Shown one piece after another: positions 29,995-41,300 of a stretch of 64,000 nt of DNA. The DNA lies in assembly GCA_003559855.1 (NCBI GenBank), contig PWJZ01000004.1, positions 30,695 to 94,694 on the forward strand. Reading direction: 5' to 3'. Origin of the DNA: Bacteroidales bacterium. GTDB lineage: Bacteria > Bacteroidota > Bacteroidia > Bacteroidales > UBA7960. A model generated the notes under the pieces. It was not told the DNA's origin. It saw only the letters and a list, made by a program, of their open reading frames with translations, and did no database searches. The number at the start of each line of letters is the position of its first letter. Within the stretch, counting starts at the first letter, position 1. A program made the translations under genes and the position numbers.

Positions 29995-30815
29995 TGGAAG
30001 AAAAAAATAAAAAAGACAACATGAAAGCTCTTACCGGCACTATCATATTTCATATAGTGTTGTTGGTATGTTTTATGTTTTTCGGACTTTCCACTCCTTT
30101 GCCTTTACCTGAGGAAGAGGGGGTATTGGTTGTATTGGGTCATCACGATGAAGGCACGGGACACCCTCAGCCGTTGCCTGCTCCGCGACCTTCGGCGCCA
30201 CCTGCACCGGAGCAGCCTGATGTGGCCGAAGAGGAGGTTTTAACACAAACCATCGAAGAGACGATAAGCATTCCCGACACAAAGAGCCCGGAGCCTGAGG
30301 AAGATCCCCGACCGGAGCCTGTTGAAGATAAACCGGAGCGGGATGACTCGCCGGTACAGGAAGAGGTTGCAAAGAAAGAACCTGAGCCTGAACCTGAGCC
30401 TGACCCCAGGGCATTGTTTCCCGGTCGCGACGAGCGCACTGCCGAACAGGAAGGCAGAGGTGAATCTGGAGTGCCGGGCATTGAAGGACGACCGGAAGGG
30501 TCTCCTGAAGGCGAAGCAGCAACCGGCGGAAAAGGCAGTGGCGTCGAATTCAGCCTGTCAGGACGTAGAGCAAACTATCTGCCCATGCCCGACTATACAT
30601 CGCCCGAAACAGGCCGCGTAGTAGTTTCTATAAGAGTAAACAGGCAAGGACAAGTAACCAGGGCTGAAGCCGGCGAAAGAGGCACTACAACCACAAATCA
30701 AACCCTATGGCGGCTGGCTGAAGAAGCAGCACGAAAAGCAAAGTTCGACTTAAAACAAGATGCACCGGAAGAACAAAGAGGTACTATTACTTACAACTTC
30801 ATCAGACTTAACTGA
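29994..30815 (+). CDS. tonB: TonB-family energy transducer
   Basis: 273 aa with an N-terminal TM anchor and a long Pro/Glu-rich linker (PEPEPEPDP...). The C-terminal TonB_C-like domain reads GRVVVSIRVNRQGQV....ITYNF. The start overlaps the exbD stop (TAATG). Confidence 0.8.
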   Translation: MEEKNKKDNMKALTGTIIFHIVLLVCFMFFGLSTPLPLPEEEGVLVVLGHHDEGTGHPQPLPAPRPSAPPAPEQPDVAEEEVLTQTIEETISIPDTKSPEPEEDPRPEPVEDKPERDDSPVQEEVAKKEPEPEPEPDPRALFPGRDERTAEQEGRGESGVPGIEGRPEGSPEGEAATGGKGSGVEFSLSGRRANYLPMPDYTSPETGRVVVSIRVNRQGQVTRAEAGERGTTTTNQTLWRLAEEAARKAKFDLKQDAPEEQRGTITYNFIRLN

Positions 30816-30818
30816 TCA

Positions 30819-32114
30819 ATGCAATATCCCGAAATAATCAAGTACCTCTACAAACAGCTGCCAATGTTTCACCGCATTGGCCCGGCAGCTTATAAAGCTA
30901 ATCTCAACAATACAATAGCTCTCGCTAAATACTTCAACAATCCCGAAAAAAACTTTAAATCAATACATGTCGCAGGAACCAACGGAAAAGGATCAGTAGC
31001 ACATATGATAGCTTCAGTCCTGCAGGAAAAAGGCCTTAAAACAGGCTTATGCACTTCACCCCACCTGAAAGACTTTCGCGAACGTATCAAAATAAACGGA
31101 AAAATGGTGCCGAAAAAATATGTATGTGATTTTATCAATAACAACAAAAGTTTAATAAATAATATTTCGCCTTCATTCTTTGAGCTCACAGTTGTGATGA
31201 CGTTCAAATATTTCTCCGACCAAAAAACAGATATTGCCGTCGTTGAAACAGGTATGGGAGGAAGACTCGATTCAACAAATATCATCTTACCCCTTGTTTC
31301 TGTCATTACAAACATAGGTCTTGACCATACCGACCTGCTGGGAAACACCATGGAAAAAATTGCTGCCGAAAAAGCCGGAATAATAAAACCCGAAACCCCG
31401 GTAATTATCGGAAAGACACAAAACCCGGTCTGCAATATCTTCAGAGAAAAAGCCGCTGAAAATAACAGTCCGCTGTTTTTTGCCGATCAGTCATATGATG
31501 TTGTTCGTATCACGGCAAACAAAGATCTGTCCGTATCAAACTACAAATACCTGATAAGAGGCAAAAACAGGCAATTTACAGCAGAATCAAACCTAGGAGG
31601 TATCTACCAGTCAGATAATATAACTACGGTAATGCAAACCATTGATGTGTTGAACAGCCACTACAAAATGAACATTTCGCCCGAACAAATAATAGAAGGA
31701 TTGAAAAACGTGGTAAGCAACACAGGGCTTAAAGGCAGATGGCAGATTATAGGAAAACAACCATTGGTCATATGCGATTCGGCTCATAACACCGAAGCAA
31801 TCAAAACAGTGCTGAACCAGCTGAACACTCTTTCCTGTAACAGGCTGCATATTATAATTGGTATAATGAATGACAAAAACATCGAAGAATTACTCCCTCT
31901 TTTACCCGTTAATGCAAGATATTACTTCACCAATGCCGACGTGCCCCGTGCCCTTGATGCTCAAACCCTCAAAGATAAAGCCCAAAACTATAATCTAAGA
32001 GGTGAAGCATACGACAATGTGAAGAATGCTTTGAGATATGCCAAAAGAAATGCCAAAAAGAATGATCTTATATTTGTCGGGGGAAGCACTTTTGTGGTTG
32101 CAGAAGTGATATAA
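30819..32114 (+). CDS. folC: Bifunctional folylpolyglutamate synthase / dihydrofolate synthase
   Basis: 431 aa in the Mur-ligase family. It has the P-loop VAGTNGKGS, plus ETGMGGRLDSTN and AAEKAGIIK. Confidence 0.85.
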   Translation: MQYPEIIKYLYKQLPMFHRIGPAAYKANLNNTIALAKYFNNPEKNFKSIHVAGTNGKGSVAHMIASVLQEKGLKTGLCTSPHLKDFRERIKINGKMVPKKYVCDFINNNKSLINNISPSFFELTVVMTFKYFSDQKTDIAVVETGMGGRLDSTNIILPLVSVITNIGLDHTDLLGNTMEKIAAEKAGIIKPETPVIIGKTQNPVCNIFREKAAENNSPLFFADQSYDVVRITANKDLSVSNYKYLIRGKNRQFTAESNLGGIYQSDNITTVMQTIDVLNSHYKMNISPEQIIEGLKNVVSNTGLKGRWQIIGKQPLVICDSAHNTEAIKTVLNQLNTLSCNRLHIIIGIMNDKNIEELLPLLPVNARYYFTNADVPRALDAQTLKDKAQNYNLRGEAYDNVKNALRYAKRNAKKNDLIFVGGSTFVVAEVI

Positions 32115-32280
32115 ATCATGAAATTATAAGGTAAACACTGACAATTAACTCTATTAAACGATATTTGCCCTTTTTCAGGAAAGTATCAGGCTTCAATGCA
32201 ACCGGTTTTGTTTGCAGATTGTTTCCGGCCCGGAGATCAATATTCGATATTATAAAGTATCTATTTCTATTTAATGACGC

Positions 32281-32325
32281 AAAATAAAAACAGGTTACAT
32301 GGATTTACCGTAACCACATAACCTG
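32281..32325 (-). terminator. Probable rho-independent terminator after the 32352-32966 gene
   Basis: CAGGTTACATGG...CCACATAACCTG forms an imperfect stem (10 of 12 pairs). An adjacent A-run on the plus strand is a T-run on the minus strand. Confidence 0.45.
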
Positions 32326-32351
32326 CTCTAAAATTCTTTTAGTGAGAAAGT

Positions 32352-32966
32352 TTAATTTTCTCTTTCTTCTTTTTCACTTCTTCTTATTATGAGTTCTTCC
32401 GCTTCTTCTTCAGTTAATCCTTTTTCTTCTATCAATTCCTGCTTGCGTCTTTCAAAGGCTTCCTGTCTGGCTCTCTCACGAAGAAGCTCCCTGACGTACT
32501 CCTGCAAGTCAGGGTCTTGCCTGTAATCCTGCAGAATTTCCTGGTACAACTCAGAGCTGATATCTTTTTCCGCGATTATTGCCTGGGTCATACCGCTCAT
32601 TTGCTGCCGCAAATCGTTAACCATAGGTGCTACCTGATTGAAAGCCTCTATCTCTTCCGAAGAAAAAGCCGTTTCATCCAAAGCCCCGATTTGCGCGGCA
32701 CGTGCAATCTGGTTAAAACGATCCATCGTTAAACCCGCTTCATCAACTATTTCAGAAATATCATTGTTGACTTCCCTTCGTAATGCGCTGATCTCCTGAT
32801 TTACCTCTACAAACTTTAACAGATACTCATCTTCATACCTGAATTCAACATCCTGTTCATCTTGTAATTCATGTATGGCAGCATCAACAGGCATGTTTAA
32901 CCCGAAAAGGAAAAAGATAATCACGATAAATAAACCGGAATTAAGATTCTTTTTTGAAAACATCAT
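32352..32966 (-). CDS. Secreted Glu-rich helical protein (DUF4168-like), function unknown
   Basis: 204 aa with a signal peptide. It has repeated helical segments and a highly acidic/basic C-terminus. Confidence 0.5.
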   Translation of the reverse strand: MMFSKKNLNSGLFIVIIFFLFGLNMPVDAAIHELQDEQDVEFRYEDEYLLKFVEVNQEISALRREVNNDISEIVDEAGLTMDRFNQIARAAQIGALDETAFSSEEIEAFNQVAPMVNDLRQQMSGMTQAIIAEKDISSELYQEILQDYRQDPDLQEYVRELLRERARQEAFERRKQELIEEKGLTEEEAEELIIRRSEKEEREN

Positions 32967-33147
32967 TTTATTACTTTTTAAAGGTTTATAATTATTTTAC
33001 TTCTTATCTTGTAAACTATATATATAACTGCCGATTTTTCTATGGTGCATATTGTTTAACGCGCAAAAATACAATAAATTGATTTAATACAATACTTTTT
33101 AATCTTATTCATTCACTAAAATGTTTATTACAATCATCTTATTATCT

Positions 33148-35880
33148 TTAGGGCTGATCTGAGTTGATCGTTGTTTTTATCCGTTTAAATATCTCCATAA
33201 CTAATAACAAAGGTAATGCCAAAATCAAAAGTTCGAACCATTCTTTTGGTGTTATGGGTTCTACTCTGAGAACCTCCTGCATAAACGGTATATGCATGGA
33301 TAATATATGTATGCCTTGTGCGAGCACCACACCAAAAACAAGCAACATATTTCTTTTTAACGGCACTTTAAATGCCGATACTCTTTCCGAGCGGCAACTG
33401 AACACGTGCACGTTTTGCATCAACACCATAAGCAGCAGCACCATATTTCTGGCATGCGCCTCGTCCATAACAATATGGTTTTTGAGATAAAACCACAGTC
33501 CGAAAGCTATCATACCCATTGCCAGTCCTGATACTATTGTTTGCTGCATCATCAGGGGGTTGAATATTTTTTCCGACGGGTTTCTGGGTTTACGTTTCAT
33601 TGCGCCGGGTTCTCCGCCTTCGAAGGCAAGTGCAACATCCTGTATTCCGTTGGTTACCAGGTTTAGCCATAGCAGTTGAACCGCCAGCAGCGGCAATGGC
33701 AGCCCTGCAATAATGGAAGCTATAAATAGCGCTACTTCTGCAGCGCCAGTAGATATAAGCAGGTAAATAACCTTACGGACATTATCGTATGCGAAGCGAC
33801 CCTCCTCAACACCCGATACTATTGATGAAAAGTTATCGTCAGTAACGATCATATTGGCAGTCTCCTTGGCAACATCTGTGCCTGAACCCATTGCTACACC
33901 GATATTTGCGCGTCGCAAAGCAGGAGTATCGTTAACCCCGTCTCCGGTTACAGCTACAAACTCTCCCTGCTCAATCAGCCTTTCAACGATTTCAAACTTT
34001 TGCATGGGTGCGACGCGTGCAAACACGTGAGTTGACCTGACCAGCTTGTCAAGCTCTTCGGGCGGTGCATCGGAAAGTGCCTTGCCCGTAATTACGGGCT
34101 CACCTTCCACGGCTATGCCAAGCTCTCCGGAGATAGCCCTTGCCGTTTCAGGATGGTCGCCTGTGATCATCAACACCTTGATACCCGCTTCGTTGCATTT
34201 TTTTACCGCATCAACAGCCTCAGGACGCAATGGGTCTATAAAGCCGACCAACCCATACAGGCTGAGCTCCGGAACATCTCCATTCTCATAAACCTCCTTT
34301 TGAGGAAAATCCCTAAACTCCCCTCCTGCAAGCGCCAACACACGATAACCCTTCGATGCCAGCTCAAGTGCTTTTTTCTCAACATCTTCGCGATCAATAT
34401 CCGACTTACCCTCAGCCGTCTGCCGCTCAGTGCAAAAATCCAAAACCGTTTCCACAGCTCCTTTCAGCGCCACATGAATACCATCCTGCCGCCGGTAGAA
34501 CGCGGCAGAGAATTTTCGCTCCGACTCGTAGGGTATCTCACCCATTATCCTGAAATCTTTACGTAACTCTTCCGGATCAAGGTCTGCCTTGTAAGCCATT
34601 GCCAGGAAAGCCACGTCAATAGCATCGCCATGATAAACCCATCCGCCGGCATCACCTTTTTGGAGATTTGCCTCATTGGCAAGAACGCCGAATTTGATCA
34701 TCCTGTGAACAAACTCCTTCTCCCTGTCATCAAGCGGCTGATCATCCTCTTTAACAATTTTGCCTTCACCGTTGTATCCCTGCCCTGAGATCTTGTATAT
34801 TGTTCCGTCTGGTGATTCTATCACCCTTGCGGTTTGCTGGTTTAGGGTCAGCGTACCTGTTTTGTCGCTGGCGATGACAGTACAGCTGCCAAGGCTTTCC
34901 ACTGCGGTAAGTTTTCTGACGATAACATTGCGTTTCGACATTCGCGATGTTGCTATCGACAATGCCACTGTCAATGCGACGGGCAATCCTTCAGGTATAG
35001 CCGAAACTGCCAGTGCCACTACGAAAAAGAACACTTCCCTTCCCGGTGTGCCCTGGACAACCAGGATTACTGACAATATGGCACTTGCTGCCACCACCAA
35101 GTAGGTGATCTGCTTGGTAAAGCGCTCCATGCGAATTACCAGCGGCGGCTTTGCCGACTCCGACAACGTCACGTTTTCAGCGATCCTGCCTACTTCGGTA
35201 TCCATACCTGTCGCCACAACCACTCCTACTCCCCTGCCTGTGGTTACCGTCGAACCGGCAAAGCCCATGTTGGTACGGTCGCCAATAACTATATCCCCGC
35301 GCAATGCACCCGTCTTCTTTTCTACAGCCACCGACTCGCCGGTAAGAAAGCTTTCATCAACGGTAAGGTTGGTGCAACTGACAAGCCTTATGTCTGCAGG
35401 AACCTTCATGCCCGACTCAAGAAACACAACATCGCCGGGAACAAGCTCTTCCGCCGGAATCTCCTTTTCTGCACCGTCGCGCCTTACCCTCGACCTGACC
35501 TTTAAAAGATTCTGCAACGCCGCAGCACTCTTCTCGGCTTTAAACTCCTGGTATGCACCCAATGCCGAGTTGAGAGCTATTACGATAAGAATGAATACCG
35601 CATCTGTGTATTCCCGTATAAACAAAGATGCAACACAGGCCGCCAACAAAATGAATATTAACGGATTAAGAACCTGGTGCAGAATGATCCTCAACAGCGA
35701 AGGAGGAGGTTTCAGCGGAAGCGCATTAATACCGTAAATGTCAAAACGCTTACCGGCCTCATCACTGCCCAAACCCTCTTCTGATGATTTTAGTCTCCTG
35801 AAAACATCATCAGGCATAAAGGCATGCCAATTGACACTGAATGAATTTATGGTATTGCCACCGGACTTTTTTTCTTTCAT
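33148..35880 (-). CDS. Cation-translocating P-type ATPase (P2-type, Ca2+/Mg2+-ATPase-like)
   Basis: 910 aa with the TGES actuator motif, the phosphorylation site DKTGTLT, and the hinge TGDGVNDTPAL. It has about 10 TM segments. Confidence 0.9.
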   Translation of the reverse strand: MKEKKSGGNTINSFSVNWHAFMPDDVFRRLKSSEEGLGSDEAGKRFDIYGINALPLKPPPSLLRIILHQVLNPLIFILLAACVASLFIREYTDAVFILIVIALNSALGAYQEFKAEKSAAALQNLLKVRSRVRRDGAEKEIPAEELVPGDVVFLESGMKVPADIRLVSCTNLTVDESFLTGESVAVEKKTGALRGDIVIGDRTNMGFAGSTVTTGRGVGVVVATGMDTEVGRIAENVTLSESAKPPLVIRMERFTKQITYLVVAASAILSVILVVQGTPGREVFFFVVALAVSAIPEGLPVALTVALSIATSRMSKRNVIVRKLTAVESLGSCTVIASDKTGTLTLNQQTARVIESPDGTIYKISGQGYNGEGKIVKEDDQPLDDREKEFVHRMIKFGVLANEANLQKGDAGGWVYHGDAIDVAFLAMAYKADLDPEELRKDFRIMGEIPYESERKFSAAFYRRQDGIHVALKGAVETVLDFCTERQTAEGKSDIDREDVEKKALELASKGYRVLALAGGEFRDFPQKEVYENGDVPELSLYGLVGFIDPLRPEAVDAVKKCNEAGIKVLMITGDHPETARAISGELGIAVEGEPVITGKALSDAPPEELDKLVRSTHVFARVAPMQKFEIVERLIEQGEFVAVTGDGVNDTPALRRANIGVAMGSGTDVAKETANMIVTDDNFSSIVSGVEEGRFAYDNVRKVIYLLISTGAAEVALFIASIIAGLPLPLLAVQLLWLNLVTNGIQDVALAFEGGEPGAMKRKPRNPSEKIFNPLMMQQTIVSGLAMGMIAFGLWFYLKNHIVMDEAHARNMVLLLMVLMQNVHVFSCRSERVSAFKVPLKRNMLLVFGVVLAQGIHILSMHIPFMQEVLRVEPITPKEWFELLILALPLLLVMEIFKRIKTTINSDQP

Positions 35881-36149
35881 TGGTAAAAGAGTTTTGGTTT
35901 TGCAGTGTTGCTAAATTATTGAGGTTTTCATTAAAAATACCGGATATTAATATGAATGCTAAAATATTAAAAAACTATTTAATAAGTCAGATAAGATTTG
36001 AAAAAGTTTTTTAAACAGTTATCTGAAACAAATTAGAAATTTACGCTAAGCCGAAGCACAACCTGAATTTTTATCTAAACTTTTATTGAGTATTTTTTTA
36101 ACTTTTTAGTAAAACACTGATATATACCTTAAGAATATTTATTATTCTT

Positions 36150-36193
36150 GAGGCCACTACAAAAAGTATTTTTGAACTTTTTATAGTGGCCTC
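36150..36193. promoter_or_regulatory. 17-bp near-perfect palindrome/hairpin 30 nt upstream of the 36224 start codon
   Basis: GAGGCCACTACAAAAAG (36150-36166) pairs with CTTTTTATAGTGGCCTC (36177-36193). That gives 16 of 17 pairs and a 10-nt loop. It lies in a divergent promoter region. Confidence 0.5.
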
Positions 36194-36223
36194 ATTCTTG
36201 GAATTGAAAATTTTTTACGACAG

Positions 36224-37087
36224 ATGAAAATCCATCCATTATACCTGCTTATTGCTTTGGTTCTTTTGTTTAGCATTGATTTGAGCTTCGGCCAAAGCGG
36301 TCATACGTACAGGAAGTATAAAAGAAATGTATGTTTGCCGGCATCAGGAGCTTATAAGAGTATTCCCGGCCATGTATATTTTACTATACGCCCTTATAAT
36401 AATATTTTATATGTTATTTATAATGATCAGGAGTGGTTTGAAAATATATTCCGGTATAATTTAAACAGCCTTGGAGCAAAGCTTGTATCAGCCGATTATT
36501 ACGATTGCCAAACAGATAATAAAAAAGTAAGTGATAATTATTTTTATTACATGAAGCCTCGCTTCTACTTCCAGATGAAAGACAAAGCAGAAAAATCCGA
36601 CAACTTATATTTTCTGCCGCTGTGGAATGTGCCGGACAGCTTTGTTAATAAAGATTTTGATATATCTATTATAATATCGCGCTGGGGACGTAAATGCCTT
36701 AACGTTTCATATAGGCTTATACCTATACATGACTGGCAACTTTTAGAACCGGTCCTCCTGGCCGACACTCTGCTTTTTGAATCTGAAGAAATAAAAATTC
36801 AGGATGTTACAGACCCAATAAAAACCAGCGGGATAAAAACATTAGATATCATATTTCCAAAAGATAATGTAAGCTACAACAAGGATGAGCTGCACGACTT
36901 TCTAAAAGCGCTACCCCTTGATAAATACAAGCCCGTTAAAGTAAACATACAAGGTTATGCATCTGTTGAAGGCACTAAGGAAAGGAACAGGGAGCTATAC
37001 AACAAAAGGGCAGAAGTAATAATTGATGAAATGAAGAAAATACTGCCCGACACTATTGAATATGAAACGGAAGTATCGGAAAATTAG
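36224..37087 (+). CDS. Secreted protein with OmpA-like C-terminal segment; ends at an in-frame TAG that separates it from the next ORF
   Basis: 287 aa with a signal peptide (LLIALVLLFSIDLSFGQ). The C-terminal segment NIQGYASVEGTKERNRELYNKRAEVIIDEM resembles the OmpA_C peptidoglycan-binding motif. The stop TAG is at 37085-37087. Confidence 0.55.
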   Translation: MKIHPLYLLIALVLLFSIDLSFGQSGHTYRKYKRNVCLPASGAYKSIPGHVYFTIRPYNNILYVIYNDQEWFENIFRYNLNSLGAKLVSADYYDCQTDNKKVSDNYFYYMKPRFYFQMKDKAEKSDNLYFLPLWNVPDSFVNKDFDISIIISRWGRKCLNVSYRLIPIHDWQLLEPVLLADTLLFESEEIKIQDVTDPIKTSGIKTLDIIFPKDNVSYNKDELHDFLKALPLDKYKPVKVNIQGYASVEGTKERNRELYNKRAEVIIDEMKKILPDTIEYETEVSEN

Positions 37088-37192
37088 GATGATTTCTTTT
37101 CGGATATACGTGATACTCCGTATGAATATCTGGCAGACAAATCGAGTGATGAGATTAAGGAGAAACTGTTTGATGAGGAGATAAACAGTGAG

Positions 37193-38116
37193 ATGGAGCC
37201 CATATTGAAAAATCACCGCAAAACGATTGCGCAGATAACATTACAAAAGTCCATCCATCCTAAGAAGTCAACAATAAACAACTTAATGGATTTTTATGTC
37301 ACTGCTCTTGAAAACGAACATATGGAAAGCGTGTTACAGATACAGGATGCCATTTTTCAAAACATACAAGGAGAAAATGTGGTTGCCGAATTCCCAAAAG
37401 ATCTGCCTTTGCCGGAAAATAAACCTTTTAGCTTTGCATTAAACCGTGACTATTTGCACCGCTACAAAGTGGGAATTACAAGTACTGAACAAACATATGA
37501 GCTTTATAGAGAACTTGCGGGGCACTATCCTGACAATCCCTATATAAGGTTTAATCTTGCAGAAATGATGTTCCGCCTCTGGTTGCAGGATAACTCCCAA
37601 ATTACTGACAGAATGATGAGAAACACAATAAACAGTATGAATAATTATGATATTCCTTTCGAAGCATCGCGCAGGTTAAAGGTAAACTATCATAAGATAA
37701 TGGTAAACCGGAATTACTATTCCAAACCTAAAAAACCAATTGGTTGGCATATCAGGCAGATCAGAAATGTTTATTCAAAAACCGATCTGGATGAACGGGA
37801 TATGATCAGCATTGCAAAATTCCTCAGGGCATATAACCAAATCAATGTGGCGGAAAGAATTCTCAGACCCTATGCCAGGAAAGAAAAGCCAGATGAAGAT
37901 CTGCTGTTTTATTACATCAAGCTTACAATTACAAAAACCAGAATAATAAGGACACAATGGTACCGTGATCTGATGGTTCAAGCATACCTGCAAAATCCCG
38001 CAAGGTTCTGCAACCTGTTTCTGCCGCACAGCAAGCCGGAAGGTCATGGAATGTTAGTGCTTAACAATGAAAATATAAAAGAAATTTATTGCAAACTCTG
38101 CATTATAAAAGATTAA
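37193..38116 (+). CDS. Hypothetical protein, in the same frame as 36224-37087; possibly the downstream half of one interrupted gene
   Basis: 307-aa ORF. The frame is open from 37088, directly after the TAG, for 35 codons before the first ATG. No family is recognised. Confidence 0.45.
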   Translation: MEPILKNHRKTIAQITLQKSIHPKKSTINNLMDFYVTALENEHMESVLQIQDAIFQNIQGENVVAEFPKDLPLPENKPFSFALNRDYLHRYKVGITSTEQTYELYRELAGHYPDNPYIRFNLAEMMFRLWLQDNSQITDRMMRNTINSMNNYDIPFEASRRLKVNYHKIMVNRNYYSKPKKPIGWHIRQIRNVYSKTDLDERDMISIAKFLRAYNQINVAERILRPYARKEKPDEDLLFYYIKLTITKTRIIRTQWYRDLMVQAYLQNPARFCNLFLPHSKPEGHGMLVLNNENIKEIYCKLCIIKD

Positions 38117-38320
38117 CCCTCACAAACCCCCCAGGTTCTCTGTAATTACTACCCCGTAATGTCGCCGGCTTGGCTTATATTGACCGAATTTTTTCAATAT
38201 TAAATTCATCAATACAACCTTAACCGGAAACTGATATAAAAAAAGATTCCGGCAAATTTTTCTTATATTTGACCTTTCCAAAAGAGGTAATAAATTCAAA
38301 TCACAAAAATTTTATAAAAG

Positions 38321-41300
38321 ATGAAACTACAAACTCTTAACCATTTTGTAATTCTTGCATTATTCTTACTATCACCGGTATTGTCGTGGTCTTATGAAGA
38401 TGCTCGTATGATGCGTTACCCCGACATCAACGACGACCGGATAGTATTTGTTTATGCAGGGGATATCTGGACTGTGAGTTCTGACGGGGGTGATGCCCGT
38501 CAATTAACGTCTCACAAAGGGCTGGAGCTCTTTCCGAGGATCTCGCCTGACGGTGAATGGATAGCATTTTCGGCGGAATACAGCGGCAGCCGGCAGGTTT
38601 ATGTTATGCCCGTAAAAGGAGGAACTCCAAAACAACTCACTTACTACAACGACGTAGGTAAAATGGCACCAAGGGGAGGTTTTGACAATGTGGTCATGGG
38701 ATGGACTTCCGACAGTAAAAAAGTGTTCTTCAGAAGCAACAGGACACCATACGGCAAGCGAATGGGTAATTATTACATGGTAAGTATCGACGGCGGAATG
38801 GAAAAGGAATTGCCCATACCTCACGGCGGATTTGCCGACCTTTCGCCGGATGATTCCAAAATTGCTTTTGCATATGTTGACCGCGAGTTTCGTACCTGGA
38901 AAAGGTATAAAGGAGGACGCGCCTCAAATCTGTGGATATACGACCTGGCAGAAAATACCTCGGAGCAAATAACTGATTTTAAAGGCACCGACCATATACC
39001 AACATGGTATGGCGATATGATCTATTTTGCGTCCGACCGCGACCTGAGGCTCAACATTCATAGCTATGACATTAATACGGGTGAAGTGGATCAAATGACT
39101 TTTCATAAGCAGTTTGATGTAATGTGGCCAAGTGGTAATAACGGCCAGCTCGTTTATGAAGTGGGAGGACATCTCTACAAACTTGACCTTGAAACCGGCG
39201 AAGAGGAACGTGTTATTGTCAACATCCGCTACGACAACCCGCATACACTGCCACGTTTTACAAACGTCAAAGAACATATTCACAGTATGGCAATATCACC
39301 GTCGGGCAACAGGGCGCTTTTTGATGCAAGAGGCGATATTTTTTCCGTGCCCGCCGGCGAAGGTACTATACGCAATCTTACCGATGAACAAGGTGTGCGT
39401 GCCGTTTATCCGCAATGGTCGCCCGATGGAAAATGGATAGCATTTTACAGCGATAAAACCGGCGAATATGAAGTCTATCTCCTGGAAAACAAGCAATATG
39501 CCGAACCAAATCAGATAACATCCGGTTCGAAGGGTTGGAAATACCCCGCCAAATGGTCGCCTGACAGCCGTTACCTGGTCTTTTTCGACCGCAGCATGAA
39601 ACTGCAGGTGCTCGATGTCAACACAGGAAACATTGACGTTATTGATACACCGGGAGCAAATGAACTGAGACAATATGATTTCTCACCCGACTCAAAGTGG
39701 ATAACTTATACTAACACTAACCCGAATAATCAAAGCTCAATATTTGTTTATAATATTGACACAAAACAAAAACACCAGCTAACAGATCATGTTTTCTCCG
39801 ACAGAAACCCGGTATTCTCGAAAGATGGTGAATATATCTTCTTTTTGTCCAATCGCGACTTCAACCTCAGGTTTTCAGACTATGAGTTTAACTACCTTTA
39901 CGACCGTGCAACACGCATTTACGCATTACCGCTTAATGAAGACAGCCCGAGGCTGTTTGAACCAAAGGAAACGGAAGAAACCACAGATGAAGATTCGCAG
40001 GATGGTGGCGAAGGTGGTGATATAAATGTTCGTATTGAACCTGAAGGGGCTGATCGCCGTATTGTTGCTTTTCCGCTGCCTGCAGGAAGCTATTGGGGGT
40101 TGCAGGCTGTAGAAGACGGGCTGGTATATTTCAACAACCAGGGAATGAATCTGTACAAAATTGAAGAGCAAAAAGATGAACTGATAATGGGCGGCATAAG
40201 AACGGGCATAGTTTCTGCGAATGAGAAGAAGTTTTTGTACCGTCATGAAGATGATTATGGCGTAGCAAACCTCACACCCGGTCGTGAAGCCGGCGAAGGA
40301 AAGCTCGACCTTGAAAACCTTACAATGAGATTAGACCCGCGAGCCGAATGGAAACAGATCTTTAAAGATGGCTGGCGTATTTTCCGCGACTTCTTCTATG
40401 TTGAAAATCTGCATAATGTTGACTGGAAAGGCTATTATGACAATTATTCCCAATTGCTGCCCTACGTTAACCATCGTTTTGACCTTGATTACATATTGGG
40501 TGAATTAATTTCGGAGGTCAACGCGGGACATACGTACACAGATTACGGCGACTTTGAAACCGTTGAAAGAGTGGAAACAGGATTGTTGGGAGCCCGGCTG
40601 AAAGCAGACTATGAGAATAACCGTTATATCATAAGCAAGATATATGAAGGTGAAAACTGGAAGGAAGATCGCCGCTCGCCGTTAACAAAACAAGGTATTG
40701 ATATTCAGGAAGGCAAATATCTTATTGCTGTTGAAGGCCATGATATCACAACCGGTCAGAATCCTTACAAGTTTTTGGAAAACAGGGTTGATGTAGCTAC
40801 ACGTATTACGGTTAACAGCCGCCCTGATGCAAACGGGGCTCGTACATACACTATACACCCTATAGAAAGCGAGCTGGAGCTTAAATATCTTGACTGGGTC
40901 AGCACCCGCCGGGAGATGGTAGATAAGATGTCGGACGGACGTATAGGCTATTTTCATGTGCCAAACACTGCATTTGAAGGAAATCGCGAGTTACACCTCG
41001 GCATGTATGCATATCATGACAAGGATGCACTTATCATTGATGAGCGTTTTAATGGCGGCGGGTTTATCCCTGACCGTATGGTTGAACTTCTTGAACGTGA
41101 AACGCTGGCCTACTGGCACACACACGGGCTTGACCCGATGCGTACTCCGGCTATAGCACACGACGGCCCGAAAGCAATGCTCATCAATCAGTATGCTTCC
41201 TCAGGCGGCGATGCTCTGCCATACTTTTTCAGACAAAAAGAGCTTGGAACTATTATCGGAACAAGAACATGGGGTGGCCTTATCGGGATGAGAAGAAATG

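Noticed and set aside
30100-30560. Locally GC-rich island that could suggest foreign DNA
   Set aside because: It coincides exactly with the Pro/Glu/Ala-rich linker of TonB (CCN/GAR/GCN codons). It is a compositional consequence of the protein sequence, not horizontal transfer.
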